Shown here: one piece after another, positions 49,611 through 62,988 of the stretch
Layout of the letters: the number at the start of each line of letters is the position of its first letter
How positions within the stretch are numbered: position 1 is the first letter of the stretch
Source: Azolla caroliniana
Lineage: Eukaryota > Plantae > Polypodiophyta
Reading direction: 5' to 3'
DNA length: 64,000 nt
Assembly: GCA_043228905.1 (NCBI GenBank)
Contig: JBHGNT010000001.1
Coordinates: 20,460,001 to 20,524,000, forward strand
Made by a program: the position numbers and the translations under genes
The notes under the pieces: generated by a model
What the model saw: only the letters and a program-made list of their open reading frames with translations
Databases searched by the model: none
What the model was told of the DNA's origin: nothing

Positions 49611-52600
49611 TGAAAAATTATGTGTGGAAGCAATAGAGAACTAAACACAGAAAATATGTAGGTTTAATGGAGAGCTTGAATATACACAGTACGCGGGAGA
49701 GAGACAGAGAGAGAGAACACACCGAACTCAACTCAAAAAATACTCACTCTCTACATACACCGTGCTCAGTGAGCAACCTTTTATACAAGCCTTGACAATA
49801 GGGCTGACACAAGTACTGACAGTACTTGACCCCTCATAAATGAGCCTACTACAGTAACTCCCAAAATTATTCGTTACGAAGAATATCATACTAACGGTCT
49901 TCCGGTTTACGCACTGATACGGCCATGTTATGCGTACCAATTTACGCAACCAGTCTACGCACTGGGTTATGCATCGTATTATGCATGAATGTTGAGCTTG
50001 TCTCTCAACACTCCCCCTCAAGCTCACCTTGAGGTTCCACCTGCTCCGCCGGATCTACGCTCTGGTTCCTTCTGGCTTCACGCCTCACTCACACTCCTTG
50101 ACCCGTTCGTTTCCGCGCACCTCGACCCTTCTGGTCGGCTTGTCTGCTTACACGACCCTTCTCAGCTTCCTTGTTGTTGCGGTGTTGGCGCCTCTTTTGC
50201 TGCCTTGTCTTCCACTTGGCCCTTGGTTGATTCAGCGTATCTGAATCAAACATCTGAACCGACTCGGCTTCCTCCGATTGGTTTTCACTCTCGTCCGAGT
50301 TGGCTGTCTCCAACTTGTCTTCGGTCTTCTCTCTCTTGATGGCTTCGTCTCCCCCACGCTTGGTTGGCTTCGGCTCTTTCTTTCGTCTACCCTCCTTATG
50401 TCCACTTTTGGACTCTTCCACGGATCCGCCCTCGGCTTCTTCAGCCAATCCGAAATCAAATTTTTCATCCGACTCGGCATCACAGTCTTTTCTGCTCCTT
50501 TCCTCCACCCTTCTATGGTCATCTTGGACATCTCTGCCCCTCAAGTTCGGCATGTCGAGGTGACACAACCCAAGTGCACCCGAGAATTGCCGCAACTTGT
50601 CCAGACCAAGATGCTTGGTGAAGATGTCGACGTTCTGCCGATCCATCAAAACACACTGAAGTTCGACTTCACCGGAGAGGACACGCCCACGGAGGAAATG
50701 GTAGTGCACCTCAATATTCTTAGTTTGGGCGTGGAAGACGGGGTTCTTAACTAGTTGTATGTTGTTGAGGTTGTCGCAGTAGATTATCGTTGGATCGGAT
50801 ACCTCCACCTGTAGATCCTTAAGTAACCGCTTCAACCATATGGCTTCGCATGTCGCGACAGCCGCTCCTCTATACTCGGCTTCGGTGCTTGACAGCGCAA
50901 CTGTCGACTGCTTCTTGCTACTCCACGCGATCGCGGCACTCCCGAGAGAGAACGCGAAACCGGACGTTGATTGGTGTAACCGACCAACTGTGCGGCAGTG
51001 TTGATCCAATATAGTAGCCCCTGGTCCATAGTGCCATTGATGTACCTGAGTACACGTTGTGCACACTAAAGGTGCTCCTCGGTCGGTCGCGCCATGAACT
51101 GACTGATCACCCCGACCGGGTAGCTGAGATTTGGTCCAGTGATGGTCAAGTATATAAGGCTTCCGACTATCTGTCGGAACTTCGTCGGGTTGCATACCTT
51201 TCTGGAACCGGGGCGAAGCTTAACAGTTCTATCCAGAGGAGTCAAGACGGACTTACAGTCGGCCATCCCGAATTTGAAGAGCATACTCAGCACGTCATGC
51301 CGTTGGCTGATCAGTATGCCTTCGGGGGTGCGGATCACTTCGATCCCGAGGAAGTAATGAAGGTCCCCCAGATCCATCATGTCGAATGAAGGTCAATCTC
51401 ACCTAGGTTGGCGCCGGTGATGACCAAGTCATCAACATAAAGTAAAATGCTAACCGGCTCGAGTCGACCTTTCCAGATGAACAATGAGGAGTCTGATTTT
51501 GACGTTGCAAAGCCCATCTGACGCAATCATTTCGTGATCTTCACGTTCCAGGCACGTCGGGCTTGCTTTAGTTCATAAAGGGACTTCTTGAATCAGCACA
51601 GCGCCGAAGTGTTCGTTCTAGAGTGAAATTTGGGGGATTGTACCATGTACACCTATTCTTGAAGCTCATATTGCAGGAACGCATTCCTTACATCCATCTG
51701 ATGTAAGTGCCACCCCTTTGCCGCAGCGACCGCGAGCAAAACACGGATGGTTGTCATCTTTGAGACCGGCACAAACGTCTCATTGTAGTCGATGCCGTGT
51801 TTCTACGCATAGCCTTTCGCTACTAACCGGGCCTTGTATCGGTTGACCGAGCCATCAGTGTTGTACTTGACCTTGTACACCCACCTACATCGATCGGCTT
51901 CAAACGTTTCGGTGCGTCAACCAGGTCCCAGGTTTCATTCTCCGCCAATGCGCGCATCTCTTCCTCCATTGCGGCATGCCAATTCGAGTCCTTCGCCGCT
52001 TCTACGTAGCTCTCCGGCTCACGCACTTCCGCTACAGGTGTCATGTACGCATAGTGATGCGCCATGTACTCGTTGTAACCGAACCGCTCAACAGGGTTCT
52101 TCTAGCGCGTTGATCGGCGTAATTGATCATTAGCCGAAGTTGAGGATTTCTTGGCCGACGTGGACTTCAGTCTCGAAGACCCGTCGTCACTTCCCTCAGA
52201 GTCGGACTCGCGTCGATCCGCCTCGTTCCTATCCGTGTTGTATTCCGAAACCTTCTTCTTCCCTTTTTCTTTGCGTGTAAGCCATCTCCTCGGTTTCCTG
52301 AGCGGGGAATGCACAGCCCAATCTCCAATACTCGTCGGCTCTTCAACAGACTGGTCGAACCGACTCAGTCGTCCATTCGGTCCGCTTAACCAAAACGAAG
52401 TCGGACTCTCTTTGCGGGTTCCGATTTCAAGCTCATCCGGAGGCATCTCGGCCTCGTTGACCTCATCGTCAGAACTCAGATTAGAGGTGAGGTCCAGAGT
52501 CGGAGGCAAGTACCAGGACGCGGACTCGTCAAACACAACGTCATGGCTCACGTGCGCTTGTTTGGTGCGAGGGTTATAACACTTATAACCCTTCTGCTCG

Positions 52601-55240
52601 TCTGGATAGGCGACCAAGATACACTTCTCAGCTTTTGCGTCCAACTTCCCCTATTTCTCCTTTGGCACATGCACATACGCAATGCTACTGAAAACTCTCA
52701 AGTGTCGTAGATTCGGCTTCCTTTCGAAATATTGCTCATGCGCCGACACTTTGTGTTCGATCCGATTTTGGATGTATACCGCGGTTCCTACCGCCTCGGC
52801 CCAATAGAACTTGGGCAAGCTCTTTTCCTCCAGCATTGCCCATGCTGCTTCCACAATTGACCGGTTCTTCCTCTCAGCCATGCCATTTTGCTCTGACGTG
52901 TATCTACAATTGAATTCGCGGTGAATTCCCATCTGTTGCAGACAGCCGTTGAATTGACCGGAAAAGTACTCTTTTCCACCATCCGACCGCAAGCACTTGA
53001 CCTTTCTTCCTGTTTCCCTTTTGACGAAACTCTTGAGGTCCCGGAAACAATCGAAGACTTCACTCTTCTTCTCAATGAGGTAGATCCACGTGTGCCGCGT
53101 ATAGTCGTCGATGAAGGAGACAAAATATCGACTCCCACCAAGACTAACGTTCTGTGCCGGCCCCCATACATCGGAATGTATCAAGTCGAGCTTGTTCCGG
53201 CTCCGGTTACACTCGTTAGGGAAAGGAAGTCGGTGTTGCTTCCCAAGTTGGCAGGCTTCACAAATTCGGGCCTTCCGGCCACTAAATTTGGGCAATCCGA
53301 ACACCAGCTGTTTTGATTGCAGGCCCTAAAGCCATTGATAGTTGTCGCGGCCTATCCGCTTGTGCCATAAGTCGATATCTGACTCGACTTTTTGTTCTTT
53401 CGCGAACATTGCAGTGCCACCGTCACTAGAGTCAAGGATAAACATCCTCTCATCTCTGCGCGCTTGCGCAATAACTCAGCCTTCTTCTTCGATGAAGCAC
53501 CCAAGATGCGTGAACCGGACTTGCATCCCCTGGTCGACGATCTGCCCGACCAACACCAGATTCTTCGTGATTGTGGGGACGTGTAACACGTTCATAAGTT
53601 TCCCTTTCTGCCCGACATGGCTTAGGGGAACCTCACCGACATTCGCGATCTGATGCGGTGTGTCGTCTCCGGTTGCGACTACTCCCGGTTGCATCAGTTT
53701 CTCAAGGTATGAGAACCACTCCTTGTGGTGTGTGGTTTGATGCCCCAGACTCGACGTACCACACCTCGTCCGATTTCAGGGTGGACATCTTCATCGAGTT
53801 CGCTTCGTGTCTCGTCACGAAGGCTGACCCTTTTCCGGCTTTTCCGGACCCTTCGGCATAGTGCGATCGCTGCCGATTTCCTTTGTCGGTCTGTCCGGAA
53901 CCTGATCCGGATCCAGTCCTCTCCAAATTGGCATGCTTCTTCCAGCACTCGCTCTCCTTGTCGCCTTTTGTGCCACAGTACCAGCATTCCGCGACAGCTT
54001 TCCCTTGCCGGTTCTCATCGCCTCGACTCCCCCTGTTTCCGAAGGGTCCGGGATTGCTGTCGGCATCACTTTGGTGCCTTCTTCCTTTATTCCGTCGGAC
54101 GCCTCCATTGCGCACCAACTCGCCTCGTTCGCCACGACCACGGGCCCCTTCTCCCTCCGTGTACAAAATCTTGTTGTCGGCATGCGTGCTTGTCGACGCA
54201 CCCGTGTGGTTCTCCTCTATAAGGAGCATCGACTATAAGTCGAAAAACGATGGCGTATTCTCCCGTGTACACACAGCAGTTCGGAATGCTCCGAACTTCG
54301 ACACCAATCCCTCGAGATAGATCTGCACCATTTCGCCTTCCTCGACGTTCACATCGATGGGGACTAAGGAGTCACATATATCTTTGATCTTCAAGGTGTA
54401 ATCAGCCACCGACAAATCGCGTTGTCGTAGGTTGCTCAGGTCCTATCAAAGTTGAAGCTTTCTGGTTGTAGTGCTTGTGGTGAAAATCTTCTTCGGATTT
54501 CCCCAATCATCTTTCGGGGTTTTTGCATCCCGAATGTAGCTTAGTAGCTATTCTCCCACACAAGACGCGAAGCAGTACAGTACTCTGCTCGCCGATTGTT
54601 CCCACGTCAGGAAATCTCTGTGTGTCGATTCGGGTGCTGTGTCATTTGCTCCGTCGACATAGCTCCAGTAACTGTGCCTGAGCAGGTGCTGGTGCATCTT
54701 GTAGGACCAAGACGCATAGTTGTTTTTGTCGAGCTTCTCGGTAGGAAGCGAGCTAGCCATGCCTCTATCCATTTTGTTTTTCCTGCTCTTCTTGGTTAGT
54801 TTTCTTTTCAAGCTATGTCGGCTGCAGAGGTTCTCAACCCTCGCGCTCTGATACCATGCAAAAGATTATGTGAAAAAGCAATAGAGAACTGAACACGGAA
54901 AATACGCTGGTTCAATGGAGAGCTTGAATATACACAGTACGCGAGAACACACAGAAACTCAATTCAAAAAATACTCACTCTCTACATACACCGTGCTCAA
55001 TGAGCACCTTTTATACAAGCCCTGACAATAAGGCTGACACAAGTACTGACAATACTTGAGCACTCATAAATGAGCCTACTACACTAACTACCAAAATTAT
55101 TCCGTACGAGGAATATCATACCAACGGCCTTCCGGTTTACACACCGATATGGCCATGTTATACGTACCGATTTATGCACCCAGTCTACGCACTAGGTTAC
55201 GCATCGTATTACGCACGAATGTTGAGCTTGTCTCTCAACA
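49611..55240 (-). mobile_element. Full-length Ty1/Copia family B element
   Basis: TSD ATTTC at 49606-49610 and 55241-55245; LTRs 49611-50010 and 54857-55240; PBS rc 54845-54856; PPT 50011-50019. Confidence 0.97.
50089..54772 (-). pseudogene. Copia B gag-pol with charged C-terminal extension, disrupted
   Basis: Gag MDRGMASS; INT IHSDVWGP/RSDGGKEY/NGMAERKNR; RT MMDLGDLHYFLGIEV; RH SSTEAEY, DIFTK. Confidence 0.93.
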
Positions 55241-56254
55241 ATTTCGATTATCCCGCACATTCTGCTCTTTACGGCCGCCTCCATTGCATGCCGATCCGCC
55301 TCATCTGCCACGACTACGGGTTCTATCTTCCTCTGTGTGCAACATCTTGTTGTCGGTGTGCGTACTCGTTGACGCACCCGCGTGATTTTCCTCCACGAGC
55401 AATATGGATTGAACCTTGATGAATGAAGGCGTAATCTCCCTTGTGCAGACTGCAGTCCGGAACGCTTAGAACTTTGACGCTAACCCACCCAGACAAACCT
55501 TCACCATTTCGTCCTCCTTGACATTCATGTTGACGGAGTCGAGAGAGTCACAGATCTCCTTGATTCGGGCCATGTAATCGGCCACAGACAGATCTTTCAT
55601 TTGGACATTGTTGAGCTCCTGCATGAGCTGCAATTTCGTGGTCATTGTGCTAGCGCCGAAAATCCTCTTGAGATTCGCCCACGTGTCCTTTGGCGTCTTA
55701 GCATCCCGAATGTTGCTCAAGAGCTGGTCTCTCACACAGGACGCGAATCAGTAAAGAACTTTGCTTGTCGCTTGTTCCCAAGCCGAAAAGTCTTTGTGTG
55801 TCGATTCGAGTGCTGCATCATTAGCTTGTGACATAACTCTAGTAGCCATGACCAAGCAAGTATTGGTGCATCTTGCACGACAATTCAGCGAAACATAGAG
55901 ATCACAGAGAAAGAGAGGGAGACACACACACACACACACACACACACAGTAGAAACTACAAACTATATTCAAAATAATTCTTTGTATGTTCTCTGTACAT
56001 ATTTCATGCTAAGTGAGCACCTTTTATACAAGCCCTGACTATCGGGCTGACACAAGTACTGACAGTGCTTGATTGCTCATAAATGAGCCTTCTACACTAA
56101 CTCCCAAAACTATTCCTTACTAGGAATAACGTTCTAACGACCTTTCGGTTTAAATACCGCCACAACCATATTTTGTGTACAGTTTTACGCACCTAGTCTA
56201 CATACTAGGTTACGTACCCATTTACGCACTGAATGTTGAGCTTGTCTCTCAATA

Positions 56255-59200
56255 GTTTTGCGCTTTTCATGCTGAATCTCTGGATAACCTTTGTCACGTA
56301 TTTTTCTTGTGACAACCACAACAATTTCTTTGTTCGATCCCGAACAATGTGCATCCCCAGGATTTGCTTTACCGGACCCATATCCTTCATCGAAAACGAT
56401 CTGCTCAAGGCCTTCTTCAGCACTTGGATCTTCGTATGGTCCCATCCGACAATCAACATGTCTTCCACATACAATAGAGGGATGAGTAAATCTCCTCCGT
56501 CGAATTTTTTCACAAATACACAGTGATCGGCCTGCATTTTGTGCTACCCGTTGTCGGTCATGAAGGATTCAAATTTTCGGTACCATTGCCGAGGTGCTTG
56601 CTTGAACCCATACAAGCTCTTCCTTAATCGGCATACCAGGTTCTCTTTGCCTTTCTCTACAAATCCTTCTGACTGGTGCATATAGATTTCCTCTTCGAGA
56701 TCACCGTGCGAAAATGTCGTCTTGGCATCCAATTGCTCGACTTCGAGATCCATGTTGGTCGTGATGCTCAGCACGGTTCGGATTGACGTCATATTTACGA
56801 CCGGGGCAAATATTTCGTCGAAATCAACACCTTTCTTCTACTGGAAACCTTTCACGACGATTCGTGCTTTGTACCTAGGTGGATTCCCACCATCTTCCGG
56901 TTTCAACTTGTATATCCATTTATTCCGAAGTGTCTTCTTTCCTCTTGGCAGTTCAGTCAGTTCATATGTGTGTTTCTCATGCAAAGAATCCATCTCCTCT
57001 TGCATGGCACTCAACCACTTTCGTCTGTGGGTATCTTCCTTGGCTTCTTTAAAGCTTTCTGGCTGCCCCTCATCGGTTAGCAGTACACGCTCTTCATCCG
57101 GAAATCTTCGGGAGCCCTCCTTTTTCTTAGGGGGTATCTATGACCTCCATTCGGCACGATAGGTTCTTCTATGACTTCGTCGGCCGATTCCAATTCGGTT
57201 GGTTGTTCAGCCGCTTCCCCTCGCTCTTCAGTCGGTTCTCGATTTTTCCTTGATTTCGGTACGGTATACTCGAGCCGAATTCCTTGATTTCGGCAATAAT
57301 CCTTGAACGGTCCACGGTACTCTCTGCCATTGCCCACTCGGACTGCCATCACTTTTCGGCCAGTTTCTCTCTCGGCCCTCACTTGGAACTCTTTGAAGAC
57401 GGATAACGCTTGATCATTCGTCTTTAGCACAAAAGCCCACAACTTCCTTCTACAGTCATCAATGAAGGTCATGAAATACTGTGAACCACCATGCGACTTC
57501 GTGTCCACATAGCATACGTTCATATTCACGAGTTCCATCGACATTTTCTTCCTCATTGAGGGCCTCGTTTGGAAGGATGTTCGATTCTGCTTACCGGCCA
57601 AGCAATCCGTGCACTTCTCAAGTTGCACGTTCTTCACCTCAGGAATGGGGTTGTCCCCGGCAAGCTTTCACATCCCCTTCTAGCTCATATGGCACAACCT
57701 CATGTGCCACAGTTCACTAACTGTGTTGGCTACCATGTTTGCTTCCCTTCATCATATTCGAGCATTCATTATGTACAGTGCGTTGGTCTTCCGAGCTTGA
57801 GCCACGATCAAAATTCCTCGGCATAACTTCATGACACCGTTTCGGATGCTACCCATGTAGCCTTCATCATCTAGCCAACCAGATGATATTAGGTTCAATC
57901 GAACCTCCAGAATGTGTCGTACATCTCTCAACACGAGTCTGCACCCGATTGAGGTTTCCAAACACAAATCCCCAATGCCGAATGATTCAGCATGCTCCAT
58001 TTACCATCTTTATGGATTCGATATATCCGGCTTTGTAGGATGAGAAGCACTTTCAGTCAGGAGTTAGGTGGACTGACGCACCCGAATCGACCACCCATGT
58101 CGATTCTTCGCCGACGAGATTTCCTTCGTTTTGCTCACTAATGAGCAACAACTCCTCCTCACTCATGACGATTGCTGAGGTGTTCTTTCTATTCGTGATT
58201 TTCTTCGGTTCTACACCATCAGCTCCCCCTTTCTCCTTTCGAAAGTGTCGGCAATTTTTCTGGAAGTTCCCTACCTTCCCACAATAGAAGCACATGGGTC
58301 TTCCCCTCGACTTTGACCAGGTCCCCGAATTATCTCGGTTCTGGGGACTTTGATTTCGGCCTCTTCCTCGAATCGTGTCACCTTCTATGACTAAAGCCTT
58401 TTGGTCGGTATTGGACTCACGGTCCTTCCGGTGAGCTTCTTCATTCAGCAAGCTCGACTTCACCTGCTCTAAGGATAGATGCTTCCCTTCCGACCCAATG
58501 TTGCCCAAAGCTATAACGAGCATCTCCCAACTGTCCGGAAGGGATCCCAGCAACAGTAATGCTAATACCTCATTGGCCAAAGGTACTTCTAGAGAGGTGG
58601 TTTGGTTCATCAATCCTTGGAAGGCATTGATGTGATCTGCCATACTGGAGCCATCCTGATACCGGAGCCTCACGATTTTTCGAAATACTGAGACTCAATT
58701 CACGCCTTTCTTGTTTTCGAACATGACGATGATCTTCTTCCATAGGACGTCTGCTTTTGTTTCTTCGCCGAAGTTGTTGTATAGACTCATGTCTATATAA
58801 CACCTTATGTATGTGGCCGTCTTTAGATGCAACACTTCCCACGTCACTGCATCGATCTTGTCTGGTCTTTTATCTCCAAATTGCACCGGAAGCCAGAGGT
58901 CTTTGCACACGAGCATGTCTCTCATCCTCGACTTCCACATTGAGTAGTTGGAGCTAGTTAGCTTAAACTTGACGCCGAACGGGTCTTCCATCGCTCTGAT
59001 ACCACTTTGTCAAAAATCGACCAGCCACAACCAGTTCACGTTCATATTCGTGTGCAGAAACCAAGAACTAGTACACAAACAAAAAAGCGTGAAGACAGAT
59101 ATTTTAGGTGGAAAACCTGAAATGGGGAAAAACCATGGGGGTCCACAAAACCCAAGAAAACAGATCATTATAGTAGAGAGGAAGTACAAATACGGAACTC

Positions 59201-59552
59201 GGAGGCAGCAACCTCAAGTTCTCCTTCGTCTGACAGACGGCTTCAAAGTTACACTGTCACTCTCTCACTCACGGTTAGAGAGGCAACTTCCTCGTTCTAG
59301 CTTTTCAATAATGATCACCAACTCTAGCTATAAGGTTTTCCCTAGTTGCTTATAAACCAAAGCAACTTTCTAGCTATTTTCAAGTATAGCCCCAGGAGGC
59401 ATTTTTTGACTATTTACAATTATAGTCTTCCGAAACGATTTCAATTTCAATTTTGATTTCCAATTTTGATTTTGATTTTGATTTTGGCCTTGGCCGAGAT
59501 ACTCACCAACACGGTCCTTCTCTTCCCATCCGGAGGGACATGTTTCCCAACA
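56255..59552 (-). mobile_element. Diverged family A-like Copia (A2), 5' part with INT deletion
   Basis: 5' LTR 59008-59552, PBS rc 58993-59004, gag ORF 58695-58991, PR VDSGAS, RT YVEDML; cut by the B2 LTR at 56254. Confidence 0.88.
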
Positions 59553-60238
59553 GAGTGAAGTTGTTAGGAGGAGTGATGTCCAAGTTGGAATCCGAAAATC
59601 CGAATCAGTTGAACAAGCCGGAACGTCTAGATCGGCTGAAGAAACTGAGCAGATGACAGATGTGTGGACAAATAGAAGAAGATCAGCTAAGTGGAGACTA
59701 GCTAGATGCAGGGGGAGCGGCTGAAAATGGGTTGAATCTAGATTCGACTAAACAAGGGGGAGGTAGGACCAAGAAGGGCAGAGCTGACCAAGTGAAGCCG
59801 AGGACCAAGACATGGGAAGATGTGGTCAAGGGCCATGTAGAAGGCGAATTGGGGACACCTGATTCGGACAAGAGTGGGAACGAATCAGAGACAACCGATT
59901 TAGTTGGAATGTATGCTTCGGATGAGCCAAATCATATGAAGGCCATGCAGATGAGAGGGCAGTCAAGACTGAGGCCGATACGGAAGAACCGATGGGTTGG
60001 GGAGCACGAATGCCACAATCACAAGGGAGTTGATAAGGGCCTGAAGAGCAAACGAGCTGACTACCATGGTCGAAGTGCGTGGAACTAGACTAGTCAAGGA
60101 GCATCGGACTAGAGGGGTCGTGGGATGCAGGACAGAACCAGACGAGGAGAGCAAGACAGGCGTGAGGACACCAAAAGGAGCTGGATGCAAGGACCGGTTG
60201 TTACTGACATGAGGGACCAACCTCAAGTTGAGCTCAAT
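59553..60238 (+). mobile_element. Fragment of the 3' extension region of a family B-like Copia
   Basis: ELGTPDSDKSGNESE...ASDEPNH resembles family B KLETANSDESENQSE...DSDTLNQ; ends CCTCAAGTTGAGCTCAA like the B PPT/LTR junction. Confidence 0.55.
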
Positions 60239-60239
60239 A

Positions 60240-62755
60240 TGAGATGGACCAGTTGGACCAGTTGGCAAGTCGGACTAGATATCATTCGGCCAACTAGACC
60301 TAGTTATGATGATAAGCCTAAGCTCGGAACTAGGTTCCCAACCGATGATGAACCAGCTGTGGAAGCCGATCCGGAACATCACACGTGCCGATAAGGTCTA
60401 TTTTAACAAATAAGTCTAATATAGGAAATTAATGTAAGAGGTTTGTTTAAGAGCATTGAAATACATGTCAATACTTCATCACAGTCCTGTCAAATGGGCT
60501 TGTATATATAAAGTGCATTTGAGCATTATTGTTTGTACTAAGAGAAATTCAGTTTCATTTGGTAATAGAATTTATTGTTGTCTGCTCCACTCAATCTCTC
60601 CCTCTCCCTTTCTCACCTCTTTGTATACCTAACTATTGTGTTCCGGAAAACCGATAGTGTCCTTCTACATAACGCTTCTGCACATGTTCTCTTACACTAT
60701 CTTCATCCTTTAAGGCGATATCTAGTTCTTCCTCAATTGGTTCAGATTGAGCCTAGTTGGCTGTGTATTAGGATCTTGATTCGTAGAATACGACATCCCT
60801 ACTCATTCATACCTTCTTTGTAGAGGGGTTAAAGCATTTGTACTCCTTTTCTTCAAGTGACTACCAATGAGTTGACGAATATGGTTGTATAATGGCCGTA
60901 TTCACACTATCCCACTCGAACAGACTAGGTTTAGGACATTTCTATAATTATACCAAAGGACAGTTTCCCTAGCTTAGTTATTATATAATTGACTCAACAA
61001 CCTAGTTTATGAGGTTGTTGTGTCATATTGTGTCATTTGAATAATATAGTTACATTGCTTTTGTGCCTCTATGTGTCTCTCCCTCTCATACTTTGTTTCT
61101 TGATCTTATCTTTGCTTAACTTGTCTTGGTTGCACAATCTATTCTTCTTGTTGATCTTCTCTAAATCAACTTGTTGTTCTTCATCATTGGTGTTGTTCTT
61201 GTTTTCGCATACTGATGGCCTCATCTCCGACATTTGGTATCAGAGCGATGTTGCTAATCTACTGTCTTTTGTCATTTTTCATCAATAGGATCCCTACTTT
61301 CACCCTCTACAGATCTCAAGTTGCTCACATTTACTGGAATAGATTCTTTGTCTTTGGCTGGACTAAAACCTTCTGATCGGCAATTATCAAGGTCGTATTT
61401 CGTGAAGAGAGAAAGACACTTGTTGATTCACATTCTACTGTGCTAGACCACTCTTCCAATAGGCCAATCAGTCGCACTTTCTTCAGTCGTTGTAGCCGCT
61501 CAGCCTGGAATCTTGATACAAGAACATCTGGGAATCATTGTACCCACTTGGTACAAGAACATTTGCAAATCGGCACTAGGAATCAAACTGACAATAACCG
61601 TGCTCAATCTAGGCAATATCCGAGAAGACCAAACGGATTTGTCCCTCCACTTCTTGTAGTCACTCGGAGCAGGTTCGGCATCCATTGTTATCTGGATTCA
61701 AATGGGCTTTTGTGATCAATCGACATATTTGGGTTCAATTCAGCCACGCACCAAATCGGTCGTATCCACTCTAGACAGAACAAACCAACATCCGAAGTTG
61801 ATTCAAGTTGTGTTCAAATTCAGCTAGAACAAATTTGGATGAGCCAACCGGTTGCACCCTACAGATCAAACTTCAACTTCTAGAAGGAGGAAATGCAGGA
61901 TTACCTAATAGTAAAGGGTCAGATCAACCCAGTCGAGACCAAAAACGCTCCAAAAGGATACAAGAAGAATAACTAGACAAAGGTAGATCGAATTGTCCGC
62001 TCCACCATTCGGATCCACCTATTGGAATCCATCTACTATAAAGTGCAGTCGTGTACGACAACCTTTGAACTATGGAAAACATTGTTAGAAACCTACAAGA
62101 AACCAAGATATATCTGATCTGGTGCCTCTATAACCTTTGGATGAAAGATTTTGACTTAGTCCAGGCACACATCAATGAGTACGAAAGCCTAAACTCCCAA
62201 ATTTCTGCTCAAGGGACAACGATTGAAGACAGATTGAAAGCATTGTTACTAATGGGTACTCTCCCCCTTTCGTGGGAAACTTTTGTCTGCTACCACAATG
62301 AAGTACACCGAAGTCACAAGCTCAAATTTGATTGAGGAAATTGTTCGCACATGATTTGGCAAGCGACCGACACCTATGTAGTACAAGGTTCGTTCGACCA
62401 ACCGAACTATCGAGGAAGAAGTTCTTCCCAACAACCGAACAAGGGCCAAAGCTGGAGCAAGTCTAGGGACGATGAGATATGCAATTATTGCAAGACGCTT
62501 GGACACATTAGGGCTGATTACTATGTGCTCAAGTTCAAAACTGCCAAAGCTTAGAGAGTTGATCATAAGGGCAACCGATAACGGACGACCGAACATTCTA
62601 TTAATTAAAAACTCAGTCAAGTCAAAAGTTCTAGTCACAACTCAAGAATCAAGCACTTGGCTCTTAGACTCGGATGTGTCGTACCATGTGACTCCTCACC
62701 GGTCTTAGTTTCGACAATATTCGACCTAGTATTCTGACTCGGTCCGAGTCAGAAA
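60240..62755 (+). mobile_element. Degenerate Ty1/Copia element G: LTR (ends 61232), PBS, long leader, gag-PR
   Basis: CCGACA-TT-TGGTATCAGAGC at 61227-61246; gag from ~61838 (EEMQDYLIVKG, ELWKTL, CNYCKTLGH), WLLDSDVSYHVTP; left LTR boundary uncertain. Confidence 0.75.
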
Positions 62756-62988
62756 TGTTGGCCAAAGGCCGGAGTATGAAAGACAACTGGGGGACAAGTG
62801 GGAAGAAGAAAGTATTACTTATTAATTAGCTATAATTAAAATAGGAACGGACGGATCCGGAAGAGTTGCAACGATCCGGATCTGGACCGATCCCTAGCCC
62901 GTTGCCGGTATGGCACCGTTTTGTAATCAGAACCGAATTCCTATAAAAGGATCCGAAGAATGATGTATTAAGAGAGAGGAAATGAATA
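62756..62988 (+). repeat. LTR 5' portion related to the Gypsy E LTR, interrupted by Copia B
   Basis: Starts TGTTGG; shares GAACGGA.GGA.CCGGA, TGCCGGT.TGGCACC.TTTTGTA and the TATA block with 40529-40740. Confidence 0.65.

Larger units (their letters stand above)
20337..56254 (-). mobile_element. Older family B-like Copia (B2), fragmented host of several insertions
   Basis: Colinear pieces 20337-20556 (RT start), 21816-22149 (INT C-terminus), 39709-40528 (INT/pre-INT), 49137-49610 (PR/knuckle), 55241-55880 (gag), 5' LTR ~55890-56254. Confidence 0.75.
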
